Shown here one piece after another: positions 40,040-54,373 of a DNA stretch of 64,000 nt; within the stretch, counting starts at the first letter, position 1, and the number at the start of each line of letters is the position of its first letter. The DNA lies in assembly GCF_006345805.1 (NCBI RefSeq), contig NW_021830451.1, positions 6,266-70,265 of the forward strand, written 5' to 3'. The position numbers were made by a program, and so were the translations under genes. Source of the DNA: Octopus sinensis. Lineage: Eukaryota. The notes beneath the pieces were generated by a model that worked only from the letters and a program-made list of their open reading frames with translations, did not search any database and had not been told where the DNA came from.

Positions 40040-40319
40040 TGTATGTATATATATATATATATATATGGTATACATATATTTATATATATGTATATATGTA
40101 TATATACTTATATATATACATGCATGTACGTATGTATGTAAACATGTATGCATGTATGCATGTATGTATTTATGTATGTATGTATATAGAGAATGGACTA
40201 AAGACCGTGTATCGAAATGTTCTAAAGTGTGCGGAATTCTATAGCAGGTACGTTAGTTTTTTTTAATTGATTGAAAACCAATGAGTACACTTGTAATTAT
40301 ACTGATGCGGCGCAACTGA

Positions 40320-40447
40320 ATACTACTACTACTACACTACTACTACTACTACTACTACTACTAATATATAATAATAATAATAATAATATATAATAATGAT
40401 AATAATAATAATAATAATATAATAATAATAATAATATAATAATAATA

Positions 40448-40492
<45 letters not shown>

Positions 40493-40575
40493 GTAACAAT
40501 AATAATAGTAACAATAATAATAATAATAATAATATAATATAATAATAATAATAGTAACAATAATATAATAGTAAC

Positions 40576-40611
<36 letters not shown>

Positions 40612-40837
40612 TATTATATTATTATAATCCTTTGCACTTTCGAAACAAAACCTGAATTGGGTGGGAGGGGGTGCCAGTCAATCAGATCGACTTCAGTATG
40701 CAACTGGTGTTTAATTTAACGACCTTGAAGGAATGAAAGGCAAAGTGGAATTTGAACAGCGGAATTTGAACTAAGCCGTTCGCCCGGCATACCAACGATT
40801 CTCCCAGCTCGCCACGATATTAGTAATAATAATAATG

Positions 40838-40873
<36 letters not shown>

Positions 40874-40914
40874 GTAACAATAATAATAATAATAATAATA
40901 ATGATAATAATAAT

Positions 40915-40946
<32 letters not shown>

Positions 40947-41176
40947 ATTATTATTATTATTATTATAATCCTTTGCACTTTCGAAACAAAACCTGAATTG
41001 GGTGGGAGGGGGTGCCAGTCAATCAGATCGACTCCAGTATGCAACTGGTGTTTAATTAACGACCTTGAAGGAATGAAAGGCAAAGTGGAATTTGAACAGT
41101 GGAATTTGAACTAAGCCGTTCGCGCGGCATACCCACGATTCTCCCAGCTCGCCACAATATAGTAATAATAATGATG

Positions 41177-41224
<48 letters not shown>

Positions 41225-41274
41225 TAATATAATAAATAATAATAATAATAGTAACAATAATAATAATAGTAACA

Positions 41275-41314
<40 letters not shown>

Positions 41315-41337
41315 GTAACAATAATAATAATAGTAAC

Positions 41338-41382
<45 letters not shown>

Positions 41383-41614
41383 TATTATTATTATAATCCT
41401 TTGCACTTTCGAAACAAAACCTGAATTGGGGGTGGGCGGGGGTGCAGTCAATCAGATCGACTTCAGTATGCAACTGGTGTTTAATTTAACGACCTTGAAG
41501 GAAAGAAATGAAAGGCAAAGTGGAATTTGAACAGCGGAATTTGAACTAAGCCGTTCGCCGGATACCAACGATTCTCCCAGCTCGCCACGATATTAGTAAT
41601 AATAATAATGATAA

Positions 41615-41648
<34 letters not shown>

Positions 41649-41678
41649 GTAACAATAATAATCATAATAATAATAATG

Positions 41679-41725
<47 letters not shown>

Positions 41726-41971
41726 TATTATTATTATTATTATAATCCTTTGCACTTTCGAAACAAAACCTGAATTGGGTGGGAGGGGGGGTGCCAGTCA
41801 ATCAGATCGACTCCAGTATGCAACTGGTGTTTAATTTAACGACCTGGAAGGAATGAAAGGCAAAGTGGAATTTGAACAGTGGAATTTGAACTAAGCCGTT
41901 CGCGCGGCATACCCACGATTCTCCCAGCTCGCCCAATATTAGTAATAATAATGATGATAATAATAAGATAA

Positions 41972-42028
<57 letters not shown>

Positions 42029-42055
42029 TAATAATGATAATAATAATAATATAAT
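40320..42055 (-). repeat. Tandem array of four family B SINEs separated by (AAT)n
   Basis: Copies at 40626-40815, 40967-41155, 41395-41588 and 41744-41934; all share an internal ggaatttgaac duplication. Confidence 0.9.
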
Positions 42056-42188
42056 AAATAAACATATATAACCATACAAACATACATATATATTTACATA
42101 TATATATATATATATATATCTATATTATATATATATATATATTATATATATATATATCTGTAAATGTAATATATGACAATTATTCGGT

Positions 42189-42260
42189 AGCCATGATAAA
42201 ACTCCGAGTTTCGGATTCCGAGGTGGACAAAACACGTTGCCATCTCTTCAGTTATCCGGC
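42189..42260 (-). ncRNA. Type I hammerhead motif (same family as 11628-11690)
   Basis: Minus strand GATAA-CTGAAGA-gat...atcc-GAAA-CTCGGAG-T-T-TTATC. Confidence 0.55.
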
Positions 42261-43379
42261 CATCTGAAAAATGCTAATTCGAAGACTACAGATCCTAATC
42301 ATCACTGGTACGGCAAAAATCGGCAAAACTATTTGCAAGTTTATATATATATATATATATATATGTATTAATTATAAGGGGTAAAATCAACAATAACTTT
42401 ACCAGGTAGCCAGGGCGGAAATAAAAACCTTATAGGCAAACTTTACAAACTATTTTATACAGAATTATAGCAAGGGTTCGGATATTATGCCTCACCAAGC
42501 ACCGTCAGAAATAGACGCTAAATCCTTTTTACTACCTTAAAATCTCCGAGAATGACACATTTTATGGTAGGCAAGCAAAAAAAAAAAAATAATGAACCAA
42601 TAAGCCTGGTTAACTTTGGACGCGTTTCTAACTTAAGTGAAAAATAATTTTACTTACTGTTACTTACTTTTACTCGCAAGTATTTCAAAATATGCACACG
42701 ATCAGCGACATCATATGTCCGATATCTATCAACACTCGCAAAAATATACTGCCGAGTATAATTCCTATCATTCTTTTATACACACGTATGTGTTAAGGTC
42801 TAGACCGCAGTAAATGCAGTTTCGATCATGGAGTGAATTTATTGAAATATTATTATAATAATAAAGAGTAAAATCAGTAATAATTTAACCTGGTGGCCAG
42901 TGCAGATCGCGGGCATATTTTGAAAGACAGTGGTTGAATTTGTTTTATTCTTCTGAACTGTTTAATGCTTTTCTTCGTTTATCAGGTGTTTTGATATTAT
43001 TGTTTGTTGGGTTTTGAACACTTTTAAAAAAAAAAAGTCTGCCTGTATAATTCTGAATACATCGGACGAAATGTCTTCCAATTGAAGATGAAAATGACTA
43101 ATACATACATACATACATACAGACATACATACATACAGATTAAAAGATCAGATTTCTACCTGTAATTATGGGGTCCTGAGATATGCAACACACTGCCCAA
43201 AAAAACAATCTTGGGAGAAAGCTAATTCGAAGACTACAGATCCAATCCATCACTGCTACTGTAAAAATCTGTAAAATCTTTCACAAGTTTATCATTTAAA
43301 TACAAATGAGCATGTCACGATATGCGACTATATGCATGAGGATACCTGTATAAAACATACAAATTTGCACATAGATATA

Positions 43380-43606
43380 TACATACATACATGCATACAT
43401 AAATACATACATGCATGCATGCATACATACATGCATGCATACATACATACATACATACATACATACATACATACATACATACATACATACATACATACAT
43501 ACATACATACATACATACATACATACATACATACATACATACATACATACATACATACATACATACATACATACATACATACATACATACATACATACAT
43601 ACATAC
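43380..43606. repeat. (ACAT)n tetranucleotide array
   Basis: Direct reading. Confidence 0.95.
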
Positions 43607-43979
43607 AAATAAAAATGCCCTGTTGTTGATGTTGAAATTCCAGTGAAGAAATCTTGGATCTAGGTTAGAAACCAATTCTTTCTCTATTAGTAATAAATCT
43701 TAAAATATACTGACTAATGCTTTATAAGTTCCAAATGTGAATTTGCCTGTGTTAACTACTTCCCAAAGATGGAGTTTGTATCTTTATTTTAAACAGGCTC
43801 TCTCCTCAGTGAAAGATTTATAATAATTAGAAAATAGAGGATACATACATACATACATACATGCATACATACATACATGCATACATACACACATATATGC
43901 ATACATACGTACCTGTATTATGCGTGTCTATGGGTGTGTTTATATACAGAGTGATTCAGAAATATACGTACATACATAC

Positions 43980-44043
<64 letters not shown>

Positions 44044-45710
44044 GCGTGCGTGCGTGCGTGTGTGTGTGTATGTATATATGTATAAAGGAACCACATTTGA
44101 AAACTAGTCTTGTAGAAAAATATTAACAATTCGAACAATAGATAGATATTTTATACGTCAACATACGAGCCCCAATTGTCAATAAAAATTTGAAATCTGT
44201 CACGTAAACTTTGAATAGCATTTTGACACCTCTAAAGTGTTATGAAACCTGCCTCTGCTTCAAGGAATTCACTTAAATCCTTTATTTTTTCCATTTGTTG
44301 CATTCTCTACAATCACTGACAGTTTTTCGACCAACACTTTCCTCTCTGGTATACCGCATTATGACTTGTACAAAATTCCTGTGAAGCAACAGAGTGAAAA
44401 TATGAAAACAAAACATAAAAACGACACACCACATATTGCTTAATATATTAATGAAAAATATATATACTTTTGGTTTCATATACGACAGTCATTTCATTTG
44501 AAACAGCGCATGTCCTTTTATTCCCTTATTCCTTTATACTCTTTCTTGTTTCACATATTACACTACGGCCATACAGGAGCACCACATTGAATGATTTAAG
44601 GAATCAATCGAGCTCCTTACTCGTTAAAATGACGGATCCTTATTATATTGATGACTTTCGACATGAAGATAAATTATGAGGTCACAAGTAAAAGAAAATA
44701 TGTCGAGGGTAGAAGCAGAGTGGGGAATACACACAATGATAAAGATGGTCTCTCTCACACATACATACATACTTATACGTATGTGTGTGTATCTCTTTGC
44801 CTGTCTATCTGTCTTCCCTTCACTATCTGGTGTCCATTGACGGATCTGGAGTCTATAGCCGGTGGGGCAATAGGTGCACTGGGGCTATACAAGAGTGTCG
44901 TTGATTGACTCGTGTTTTATTCACTCAGCCGCTTGTGAATGTATCCATAACTGGAGGTCAAATAGGTACTTAGTTTATAAAAACCAAGAACATAGAAAAT
45001 GAACTTTTTCCGAACAAAAAAAAACAAACAAACAGAGAAACGAGACATACAACGTAGAGAACGTTCTCTTCATCAGTTGTTTTATCTACTCCGCGTTTCG
45101 AAAATAAGGACAAAACGCGACTTCGTTAAAACAGTCCTTCCCGCAAAGCAAATTAAATAAAATTTGTGATTTTTACGGAGGGTGAAAGTGATAACAAAAA
45201 CAGGACAGTGAGAATAAAGCAGTAAAAACAAAGAGTGAGGGCTGTTAAGCCAAGACGATGTGAAGAGCTGAACGGTGGAAAAACGAGCTTTGAGAAGAGA
45301 CAGATAAAATCACGTCTTGTCTGTAGGAAGGAAGTGGAAGAAAGAATGGTCGTTAGTCACGTGTGAGCAACGAGAGAGTGAAGGAAGGAAAAAAAATGAG
45401 AGAGAGAGAGAGAGAGAAGGGGGAACGGTGAAGGGGAGAGGAGAAGAAAAGGGAAAGGGTGGGAGAGAAAAACAGAAAGGAAGAACAAGAGAGGGAGATG
45501 GACTGAAAACACATAAAATAAGTGTGCGCATCGTAATTATTAAGATAAAACTTACATGGAAAAGGATGCGTGGCGTTCGATCATATAATAATATAATAAT
45601 AAAATTTAATTCAGGTAAAGTGAATTTGAAGTCTTACAGCTGTTTCTGGATATTCAAAATGATAGGCTGGCGTGTCCGTCAATGGGCAGCAAAAATCGGC
45701 AAAATTTTCC

Positions 45711-46101
45711 GGGAGTGGCTGTGTGGTAAGTAGCTTGTTTACCAACCACATGGTTCCGGGTTCAGTGGCACCTTGGGCAAGTGTCTTCTACTGTAGCCTC
45801 GAGCCGACCAAAGTCTTGTGAGTGTATTTGGTAGACGGAAACTGAAAGAAGCCCGTCGTATATATGTATATGTATATATGCGTGTGTGTGTTTGTGTGTC
45901 TGTGTTTGTCCCCCTAGCATTGCTTGACAACCGATGCTGGTGTGTTTATGTCCCCGTTACTTAGCTGTTCGGCAAAAGAGACTGATAGAATAAGTACTGG
46001 GCTTACAAAAGAATAAGTCCCGGGGTCGAGTTGCTCGATTAAAGGCGGTGCTCCAGCATGGCCGCAGTCAAATGACTGAAACAAGTAAAAGAGTAAAGAG
46101 T
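45711..46101 (+). mobile_element. Young family A SINE
   Basis: Head ggagtggctgtgtggtaag...gggttcagt, CORE-like block, short internal microsatellite, aaagagt tail repeats. Confidence 0.9.
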
Positions 46102-46304
46102 AAGTCTATCCTTTAGTTATGAGCATATCTAGATATGCAACAATATGCATGAAAATAGGTACATAAAGCTAATCATACAAATCTACGCATATACATACAT
46201 AAATTTACACATACATAATACATACATACATACATGCATACATACATACTTACATACATACATACATACAAACATACATACATAGGTACGTACATACAAA
46301 AATA

Positions 46305-46537
46305 GGGCGGCGAGCTGGCAGAAACGTTAGCACGCCGGGCGGAATGCGTAGCCGTATTTCGTCTGTCGTATTTCGTCTGAGTTCGAATTCCGCCGAGGTC
46401 GACTTTGCCTTTCATCCTTTCGGGGTCGACAAATAAAGTACCAGTTTCCCACTGGAGTCGATGTAATCGACTTAATTCCTTTGTCTGTCCTTGTTTGTCC
46501 CCTCTATGTTTAGCCCCTTGTGGGCAGTAAAGAAATA
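46305..46537 (+). mobile_element. Young full-length family B SINE with a 14-bp TSD
   Basis: Head gggcggcgagctggcaga, B box gagttcgaattcc, central ggtcgactttgcctttcatcctttcggggtcga domain (Meta-domain-like); TSD tacatacaaaaata at 46291-46304 and 46536-46549. Confidence 0.92.
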
Positions 46538-46871
46538 CATACAAAAATACCCTGTTGATGTTATTGAAATTCCAATGAAGGAGCCTTGAAATAGGTTAAA
46601 AAGCGGCTCTTTATTGGCAAGAAAGCTTGAAATAAAATGATAAAATAAGAACGAATTGAGCCCTGGGGGGTCGATTCAATCGAGTTACCCCTCCCTGAAA
46701 TTGCTGGCCACTTGCTAAAATTCGAAACCAATACTACTCAATCATTAATATTTATATCGAAGCACCATTTTTTCTGAACTACGTGTTATTGAGACGATCG
46801 TAATGGAAGAATAAATCTAATACCATAACCTTTTAAAGACATTATGTGTGTATGTATTTGTTTTTATATGC

Positions 46872-46921
<50 letters not shown>

Positions 46922-46933
46922 ATATATGTGTGT

Positions 46934-46968
<35 letters not shown>

Positions 46969-47365
46969 TGTATGTATGTATATATGTATATAGATGCCCT
47001 CACACTGTGGTGTGTAAGGAAGAGATGAATATCTCTGGAAAATTTCTTTTTGTCAGTGTCTTATTCCTGATGAACGTAGACAGAAAACACAAGTGGATAG
47101 AAAGCCTGATATGAACGAAGGAACGAAAGAATGACACGAGAAAGAAATGTTAAGCGGATGAATTCGAAATCACTAGAGATGCTTGTGAATGGCGTGTTCT
47201 GACTGTAAAATGTGACAGATTCACTTCTCATTCAATTAAATATCAAACAAAATTATTAATAACATATATTATTAGATTGTAGTGTATTATATTATGACTA
47301 TATTATTGTGTGTTCTTGTGTATCAGTTTATTTTATATTAAGTTCATGTGTTAATAATAATAATA

Positions 47366-47429
<64 letters not shown>

Positions 47430-47590
47430 TAATAATAATAATAATAATATAAACCAAATATATATATAAATATGTATATATTGATATGTTGAATAGAAAT
47501 AGATTCTCGCATTTTACACATTGCAATACAATTCATCGGCCATGTTAATTGATTTGAATTTTCCCTGTTTTATTATTATTATTATTATTA

Positions 47591-47627
<37 letters not shown>

Positions 47628-50140
47628 GACGGACCGCAGTGGCCATGTGCACTACAATTCCAAAGAAATGAGGTCAGTGTTCCGGCAGCGTTTCACCGAC
47701 TTGTTTTCGAGGAGTGGCATTCTCGACACAGCGAGTTTTGAGGCTTACCTCGAGGGTATGACGACCCTATCGAGTGATGCAAGAAGCTGATTTCAGTGGA
47801 GGAAGTGGACGATGTACTGGACCGCTGTGGGGCGCGCAAACTGCCATGAGTGGATGGTCTGCCCTGTGAATTATATGCCCTCATATCTGACTTGTTTTGT
47901 CCAGTTTTAGCAGCTGTCTACTGCTCCTGGCGAACACAGAGGAAGCATTCCCAGTCGTGTGAGCTGGAGAGTGGTGACGCTGCTGGGAAAGGATCCGAAC
48001 AAGGGGGATGTGATTGAAAACTTCAGCCCCGTAACTCTATTTAACACTGAGTTAAAGAATTTACCTAAGGCGCTCGCCAAGAGGCTGTCGCTAGTTGTTG
48101 GTAGTAGAGTCGGGGATTCACAATCTTGTGCAATATCCGGTAGATCTATCCACGACAATCTCTACCTTGTGCGATACATCGTAGAACGGGTCGGGAATAG
48201 ATCGGGCTTTGGAGGAGCACTGGTAAATTTGAACCAGCTTAAAGCTGTTGACATGGTAGACCATCTGGTGTCTGTCCTAAATGCTGTTGGTTTAGGTCCT
48301 GTCTTCAGAGGCTGAATCAACATAATATATAATAACATCTGCTCGGTTGTCAAAATGAATGGCCACCTCTCAGAACATTTCAGTATCGAACGCTTGGTAC
48401 ACCAAAGATATCTCCTCTCCCTACTTTTATATTTTTAGCGTTAGAACCCTTGCTGCGAAGTGTGGAGGTTTTGAGGGGTATCCCGCTGGAACTATGTCTT
48501 AGCAGATCTATGTTTGCATACGCGGACGACGTCACTGTCGGACTCTTCGGACATAGTAAAGATCGACACTATACTGAAAGAATACCAGGAATGCACAGTA
48601 GTTCTCATAACCAGGACAAGTCAATAGGTCTACAACTAGGTTCCTGGAGAGGCAAGTCGACTGGCAGCGATTTCAGTCACTAGACGTAGGGTCCGGTGAA
48701 AGTGCTCAGAGTCTGGTTCGGACCAGATCTCCAGATAGGAACTGGAAAGTGGCCCTGACTAGGGTAGACAAGTTTACACAGAAATGGGCAGAAAGGAAGC
48801 TATTTCTGAAAGGCCGAGCGGAAGTAGCGAATGCATATATTGCCTCCGTAATGTGCTACCGCCTAGCCGCCGTACCTTGTTCTAAGAACACCCTGAGCAG
48901 TGTGTAGCGCTTGTTTTTCTGATTCTTGTGGAAGGGTCAGGTTCCACTGGTACGAAAATGTATCTATTGTCAACACCCACACCTTGGTGGTCATGAGATG
49001 CCATCCTTAATAATGCGGCGCCACGCTTTACGGTTGTCACACCTACAGAAATATCTAAATCACTGAGATGATGTGGACGACCACGAATACGACGACGCCA
49101 AACATAAGTGTGAACAGGAGTGGGGGTCTTTCGTGCGACACGTCTTTTCGCAGTTCATGTCATTGATAGAGCTGTAGTCATGGGTCAAACGTAGACGAAG
49201 GTTGTGCGTTTGACATCTAGAATGTTACCAGGCGCTCCACTGCACCGTATCACTTGCAACAAACCGTTAGCGGGAAAACAACCCAAGATTTCTATAGGGG
49301 GCTAGTTGGGGGTATGAGTGATGATGACCTAGGACTGAATCTAGGCATCGACGAGAACAGTTTGAGTAGTCTTCTTCCATAGGACATTCGAGTCGAAGAT
49401 CATGGACAATTTCCAAAAGTCTTTGGTTTGGCAGTTCTACAGAGGGGCATTTCTCGTTCGCGACAAGCTCTTCAGGCATGGCAGTGCCAACAGTCGAACC
49501 TGCCCGTGATGCTTGCTGCGGAGATGAAACCCTCATGCATTCAGTGTCCGTGCATTAGAGATTTGTGGGATTGTGTGGAGCAGCTGTTGTTGCATGTAAG
49601 ATGAATTCAACTGTATGCCGTGTGCTTAGTGAAAATCGGCACACTACCTTCCCTTAGCAGAGAAGGAAGGCAGATCTTCCTCTGCTTAGTGGCTGTGGCA
49701 AAAGAGTTTATGTGGTGGACCCGTCTGAAAGGTTTTAAGACTGGCAAGTTCCTCTCTGGTCAAGCCCTCATCCATTTCTTCAAATACCATTTGAAGATGA
49801 AGGTGAGGGTACAGAGGGAGATGCTGTCTTCTATTGTGTTTATCAAGAGGTTGTCGATAGTAGCAGGATTGGTGAGACTGAATGGATCTACTCTGAATAT
49901 GGTTTTCTAAGCAGGAGGAAAGAAACTGGAAGAGAGCACTTTCGCATGCCTTGGAGATGGCAGAGTAAACCGGGAATTTAGGGTGGGGTTTACCCCGGAT
50001 TACTCTAAGCGGACTGCCCTACTATTAATGATTCTGTTTATTAATTTTAATGATTTATTTCTCTACATTTTATTACATATCCTCTGTTATATCATTTAAT
50101 GCGGTAGTATCCCCTGCTTGATTGATGTTAACCCCACAGG
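47628..50140 (+). mobile_element. Tx1/L1-clade non-LTR retrotransposon, 5'-truncated ORF2 pseudogene plus 3' UTR
   Basis: NFSPVTLFNTELK.L.KALAKRL, QSCAISGRSIHDNL, LNQLKAVDMVDH, YADD at 48519-48530, a decayed C-terminal CCHC region near 49500, and a stop at 49910. Many stops and frameshifts. Confidence 0.9.
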
Positions 50141-50272
50141 CTTTCATGTTTTTTTGCAGTTTTTTCAGCACTGGGTCAATGTCATTGACTTCACCACTTC
50201 TGATAAAATTGTTGTCTCTGCGCCTATATTAGAAAGAATAATAGTAATAATGATATTTATAATAATAATATT

Positions 50273-50303
<31 letters not shown>

Positions 50304-50318
50304 TAATAATAATAATAA

Positions 50319-50349
<31 letters not shown>

Positions 50350-50369
50350 AATTATTATTATTGTTGTTG

Positions 50370-50406
<37 letters not shown>

Positions 50407-50432
50407 ATTATTATTATTATATGAGTAGTAGT

Positions 50433-50465
<33 letters not shown>

Positions 50466-51560
50466 AAGTAGTAGTAGAATTAAAGCTGGCAAAAGGCGAA
50501 CTGGCTGAGTCGTTAGCACGCAAGGACAAAATGCTTTGCCGCATTTTGCCCGTAATTACGTTCAGATTTAGGGTAGATAAAATGGGTACTAGTCTGGTAC
50601 TAGGGTGGTTAGAATCGACTAGCCCCACTCCCAAATATCGTGTCCAACATTGACACAAGGCCTGGAACTTTGGGGATGGAGTCGATTACATCGACCCCAA
50701 TACTTAACCGGTACGTACTTTATCGACCCTTAAACGATGAAGGATAAAAATCTACTTCGGCCGAATTTGAACTCAGAACGTAGTGTTGATAACGCTTTGA
50801 TAAATACATGAGTTTTGTTTCATAAAAAAGATTTTTTTTAAATTTTGATTTTTAGTTTCAGCTCATGAGCTGTGGCCATGCTGGGGCACCGCCATATTGC
50901 TGGGGCACCGCCATATTTCATGGATTATGCAGTGAATATTTGATAATGATGTAATTCTTCCATAGTTACCTACTAGAGGTCGCTTTGAGAGAATATTATC
51001 TCTACGAGTTTCCTAACAGCATTGTCGCGGTGGAAAAACTGAAGTATGAACCTAAGATATTTCAAATCATTTTCAAACAAATTATCGACTCAACGAACGG
51101 TGGCTTTTCGAGGTCCTCAGCTGTTCCGTTTTCTAATTTAACAATTAACCTCCCTGAATACACAAACTTAATAAAAACAAAAAAAAAAGCTAATATAATT
51201 CGTCTCTGTTAAATTACATAAGATTAGATTAGTTGCAGAATCTTTCAGTTAATCCTATAATTAAGCATAAACTTCAAACAAACAATTACTTCTGTCATTA
51301 TCGTTAACAAAAACTGTTTAAAATATGTGAACAAAATAATAACTAAATAAATTATTATTTCTAGAATTATAAGAAAATGTAATTAGACTGAAAAAAGAAA
51401 ATAACGATGGAAAGGATATGCTATTTCAATTAAGTAGATCGCGCGTCGTACATACCTTCGTATGACATATATTGAGAATCACTAACGAAATTTAATCAAA
51501 CGTTCATTTTGTGGGTATATGTGCGTGTACATGCACATGTACACACACACACACACACAA

Positions 51561-51612
<52 letters not shown>

Positions 51613-51743
51613 TACATTATATCGCTTTTAAAGTTATCTCTGCAGATATTCTGTAGAATTTAGGGCCAGCACTGAAGTTGACAACGTTTCGTATACGAAC
51701 ACTCTAGGTATACAATGCGATCGAAGATAGAAAAATAGGTAAT

Positions 51744-51815
<72 letters not shown>

Positions 51816-51819
51816 TATA

Positions 51820-52024
51820 GTTAATCCAAACAAGAAAACACAAAAAAAAATACAGCAACGCGAGGACGTGGAACAAATAAAGTATTATTGGACGCTCAGG
51901 AAAGAAGGGAAGAAGGAGGGTTTAACGTTTCGAGCGGAGCTCTTCGTTGGAAAAAAAAGGAGAAGGAAAGATCCCGAGAAGGGAAGACAGAGGAAAAAAA
52001 TTGCTGGCGTGTGCTCGAGGTCAC

Positions 52025-52025
<1 letters not shown>
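51820..52025 (-). mobile_element. Family H2 fragment with a decayed minimal HHR (~51921-51953)
   Basis: Minus strand ttt-CCAACGA-A-GAGC-tcc-GCTC-GAAA-CG-TT-aaa; (TA)n on both flanks. Confidence 0.6.
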
Positions 52026-52073
<48 letters not shown>

Positions 52074-52076
<3 letters not shown>

Positions 52077-53146
52077 ACAATCAAGGAAACGGCCATAATG
52101 GCCATTCACCCACTAGAATAACAGCCAAAGCTTCACCGCAATAAAAATCAATTCCGTAAACAGGAGAAAATTTAAAAAACATTTACCCTGTAATTTCTTA
52201 CACGATGCACCGTTTCATCGCTGTTTAATGGTAAACTAACCTGATTAAATTAAATCAAGCCAATCTTCCATAGGCCCTCAGATTCTTCAGTAAGAAATAC
52301 CCAAGTCGGAACAGATATTTTCACGAGGCATTTCCAACCCTGCCAAGGTAATATCTGACCTAAAATTTTCAAATCATCGCACTCGCGCAAATTATCGGCA
52401 GCAAAAATATAAGCCGTCGATTCCATTACGGAATTAACCAGAAAATTCATAATTAATCATATAGTGTGGGCAAAAAAAAAAAATTTTTAGAATTTTTTTG
52501 CCACCAGCGGCCTAGTGGGAAAAAATTAATAGTCATAGACCATTTTTAAGTTCAACATCAACATACAAGGAACGGCCATAAAGGCCATTCACCCACAGAA
52601 ATAACAGCCAAAGCTTCAACCGCAAATAAAAATCAATTCCGTAAACAGGAGAAAATTTAAAAAACATTTACCCGTAATTCTTATACGATGCACGTTTCAT
52701 CTGCTGTTTAATGTATAAAATAACCTGATTAAATTAAATTAAGCAATCTTCCATAGGCCCTCAGATTCTTCAGTAAGAAATAGCCAAGTCGGAACAGATA
52801 TTTCACGAGGCATTTCAACCCTGCCAAGGTAAATCTGACCCTAATTTTCAAATCATCGCACTCGCGCCAAATTATCGGCAGCAATAATATAAGCCGTCGA
52901 TTCCATTACGGACCAGAAAATCATAATTAATCATATAGGGTGGCAAAAAAATTTTGTAGAATTTTGCCACAGCTTGAAGCTTTGGCTGTTATTTCTAGTG
53001 GGTGAATGGCCTATTATGGCCGTTCCTTGATTGTTGATGTTGAACTTAAAAATGGTCTATGACTATATTTATTTTTTCCCACTAGGCCGCTGGTGGCAAA
53101 AAAATTCTACACAAATTTTTTTTTTTTGCCACCCTATATTGATTAA

Positions 53147-53147
<1 letters not shown>
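52074..53147 (-). mobile_element. Tandem (~1.9 x 483 bp) plus inverted partial copy of an HHR-bearing unit, inside (TA)n
   Basis: Units start at 52074 and 52558; 52974-53147 is the reverse complement of ~52452-52620; one HHR per unit. Confidence 0.8.
52678..52779 (-). ncRNA. Type I hammerhead with a long loop 2 (second copy at 52193-52298)
   Basis: Minus strand TTCTTA-CTGAAGA-ATCTG-(58 nt)-CAGAT-GAAA-CG-tgcat-CG-T-A-TAAGAA, GUA triplet. The other copy reads GUG. Confidence 0.7.
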
Positions 53148-53181
<34 letters not shown>

Positions 53182-53632
53182 AATATAATATATATATATA
53201 TGCTATTTCAGCATTGAATGCTTCTTCTTGTTCGTACCAATCCAACCCATTGAACGCAGCGAATACGAAGACATTGCTTAAATAGTCACTAAATTTAGTG
53301 TGTAACACAAATGGATAGACTAATTTACATATTAAAACATTCCTGGTAATTGACACATACAAAATTAATGCTGATAGGGACACCCTACATTATGCAAAAG
53401 AAATATATATTACATACATGCATATATATACATACATATACATACATGCATGCATAATTACACACACACACATACACACACATGTATATATACATATATT
53501 TAACAAGCATAACAGAGTGACTCAATGTCCGAAAGTTTCTTGCGTTAGGATCTATTAAATCTAGTACTTATGAAACATTTTGTTACTTCAGCTAAATATT
53601 AATAAAATCATGTCTTATGTACATATATACAT

Positions 53633-53746
<114 letters not shown>

Positions 53747-53820
53747 CTATATATACATATATATACATATATATATATATACATATATATACATATATAT
53801 ACATATATACATATATATAC

Positions 53821-53855
<35 letters not shown>

Positions 53856-53917
53856 TATATATATATATATTTATATATATAATATATACATATATAATAT
53901 ATATATTTATATATATT

Positions 53918-53978
<61 letters not shown>

Positions 53979-54133
53979 TGTATATATCACGTGATCACGT
54001 GACCGACCAGACCATCAGGTGTTTTTACACATCGCTGGTCACAATGCGTTTCGCATTGTTTTAGCCTTTGAATGACTCCCCCCGCTGGCTAAGCGAGCAG
54101 GCCAATGGTGTATGTATATATAATATATATATA

Positions 54134-54174
<41 letters not shown>

Positions 54175-54373
54175 GTATACAATATATATACCTTGTCTGA
54201 TTTTCACGTTTTATTTACAATCTTATGATGATATAAGATAATATAATATAATAAAATAAAATAATAGAATGTTAAATGTTCATTCTGATTGAACTAGTAC
54301 TTTCATGCATTAAATTCTGCAATCTTCAGGTTCATGTAGTAGTGGTGACAGTCATGATTCACTATTTTTGACT

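Noticed and set aside
40626-41934. CRISPR-like repeat/spacer appearance
   Set aside because: The repeats are ~190-bp SINEs, the spacers are AAT microsatellite, the context is eukaryotic and there are no cas genes.
43618-43715. (ACAT)n-associated repeat (also 46550-46640) with CCARTGAAG...GAAACC
   Set aside because: The core is too degenerate to call a ribozyme from these copies.
45040-45135. CTGATGAAGAG and GAAACGCG fragments on the minus strand
   Set aside because: Order and pairing do not give one complete hammerhead.
46305-46400. tRNA genes at A/B-box-containing heads (also 4620-4690, 24882, 59007)
   Set aside because: No complete cloverleaf; each continues into a SINE body, and two copies have clear TSDs.
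50880-50917. 19-bp tandem duplication gctggggcaccgccatatt (other short duplications at 13917, 14628 and 61391)
   Set aside because: Ordinary slippage or SINE-tail junction duplications.
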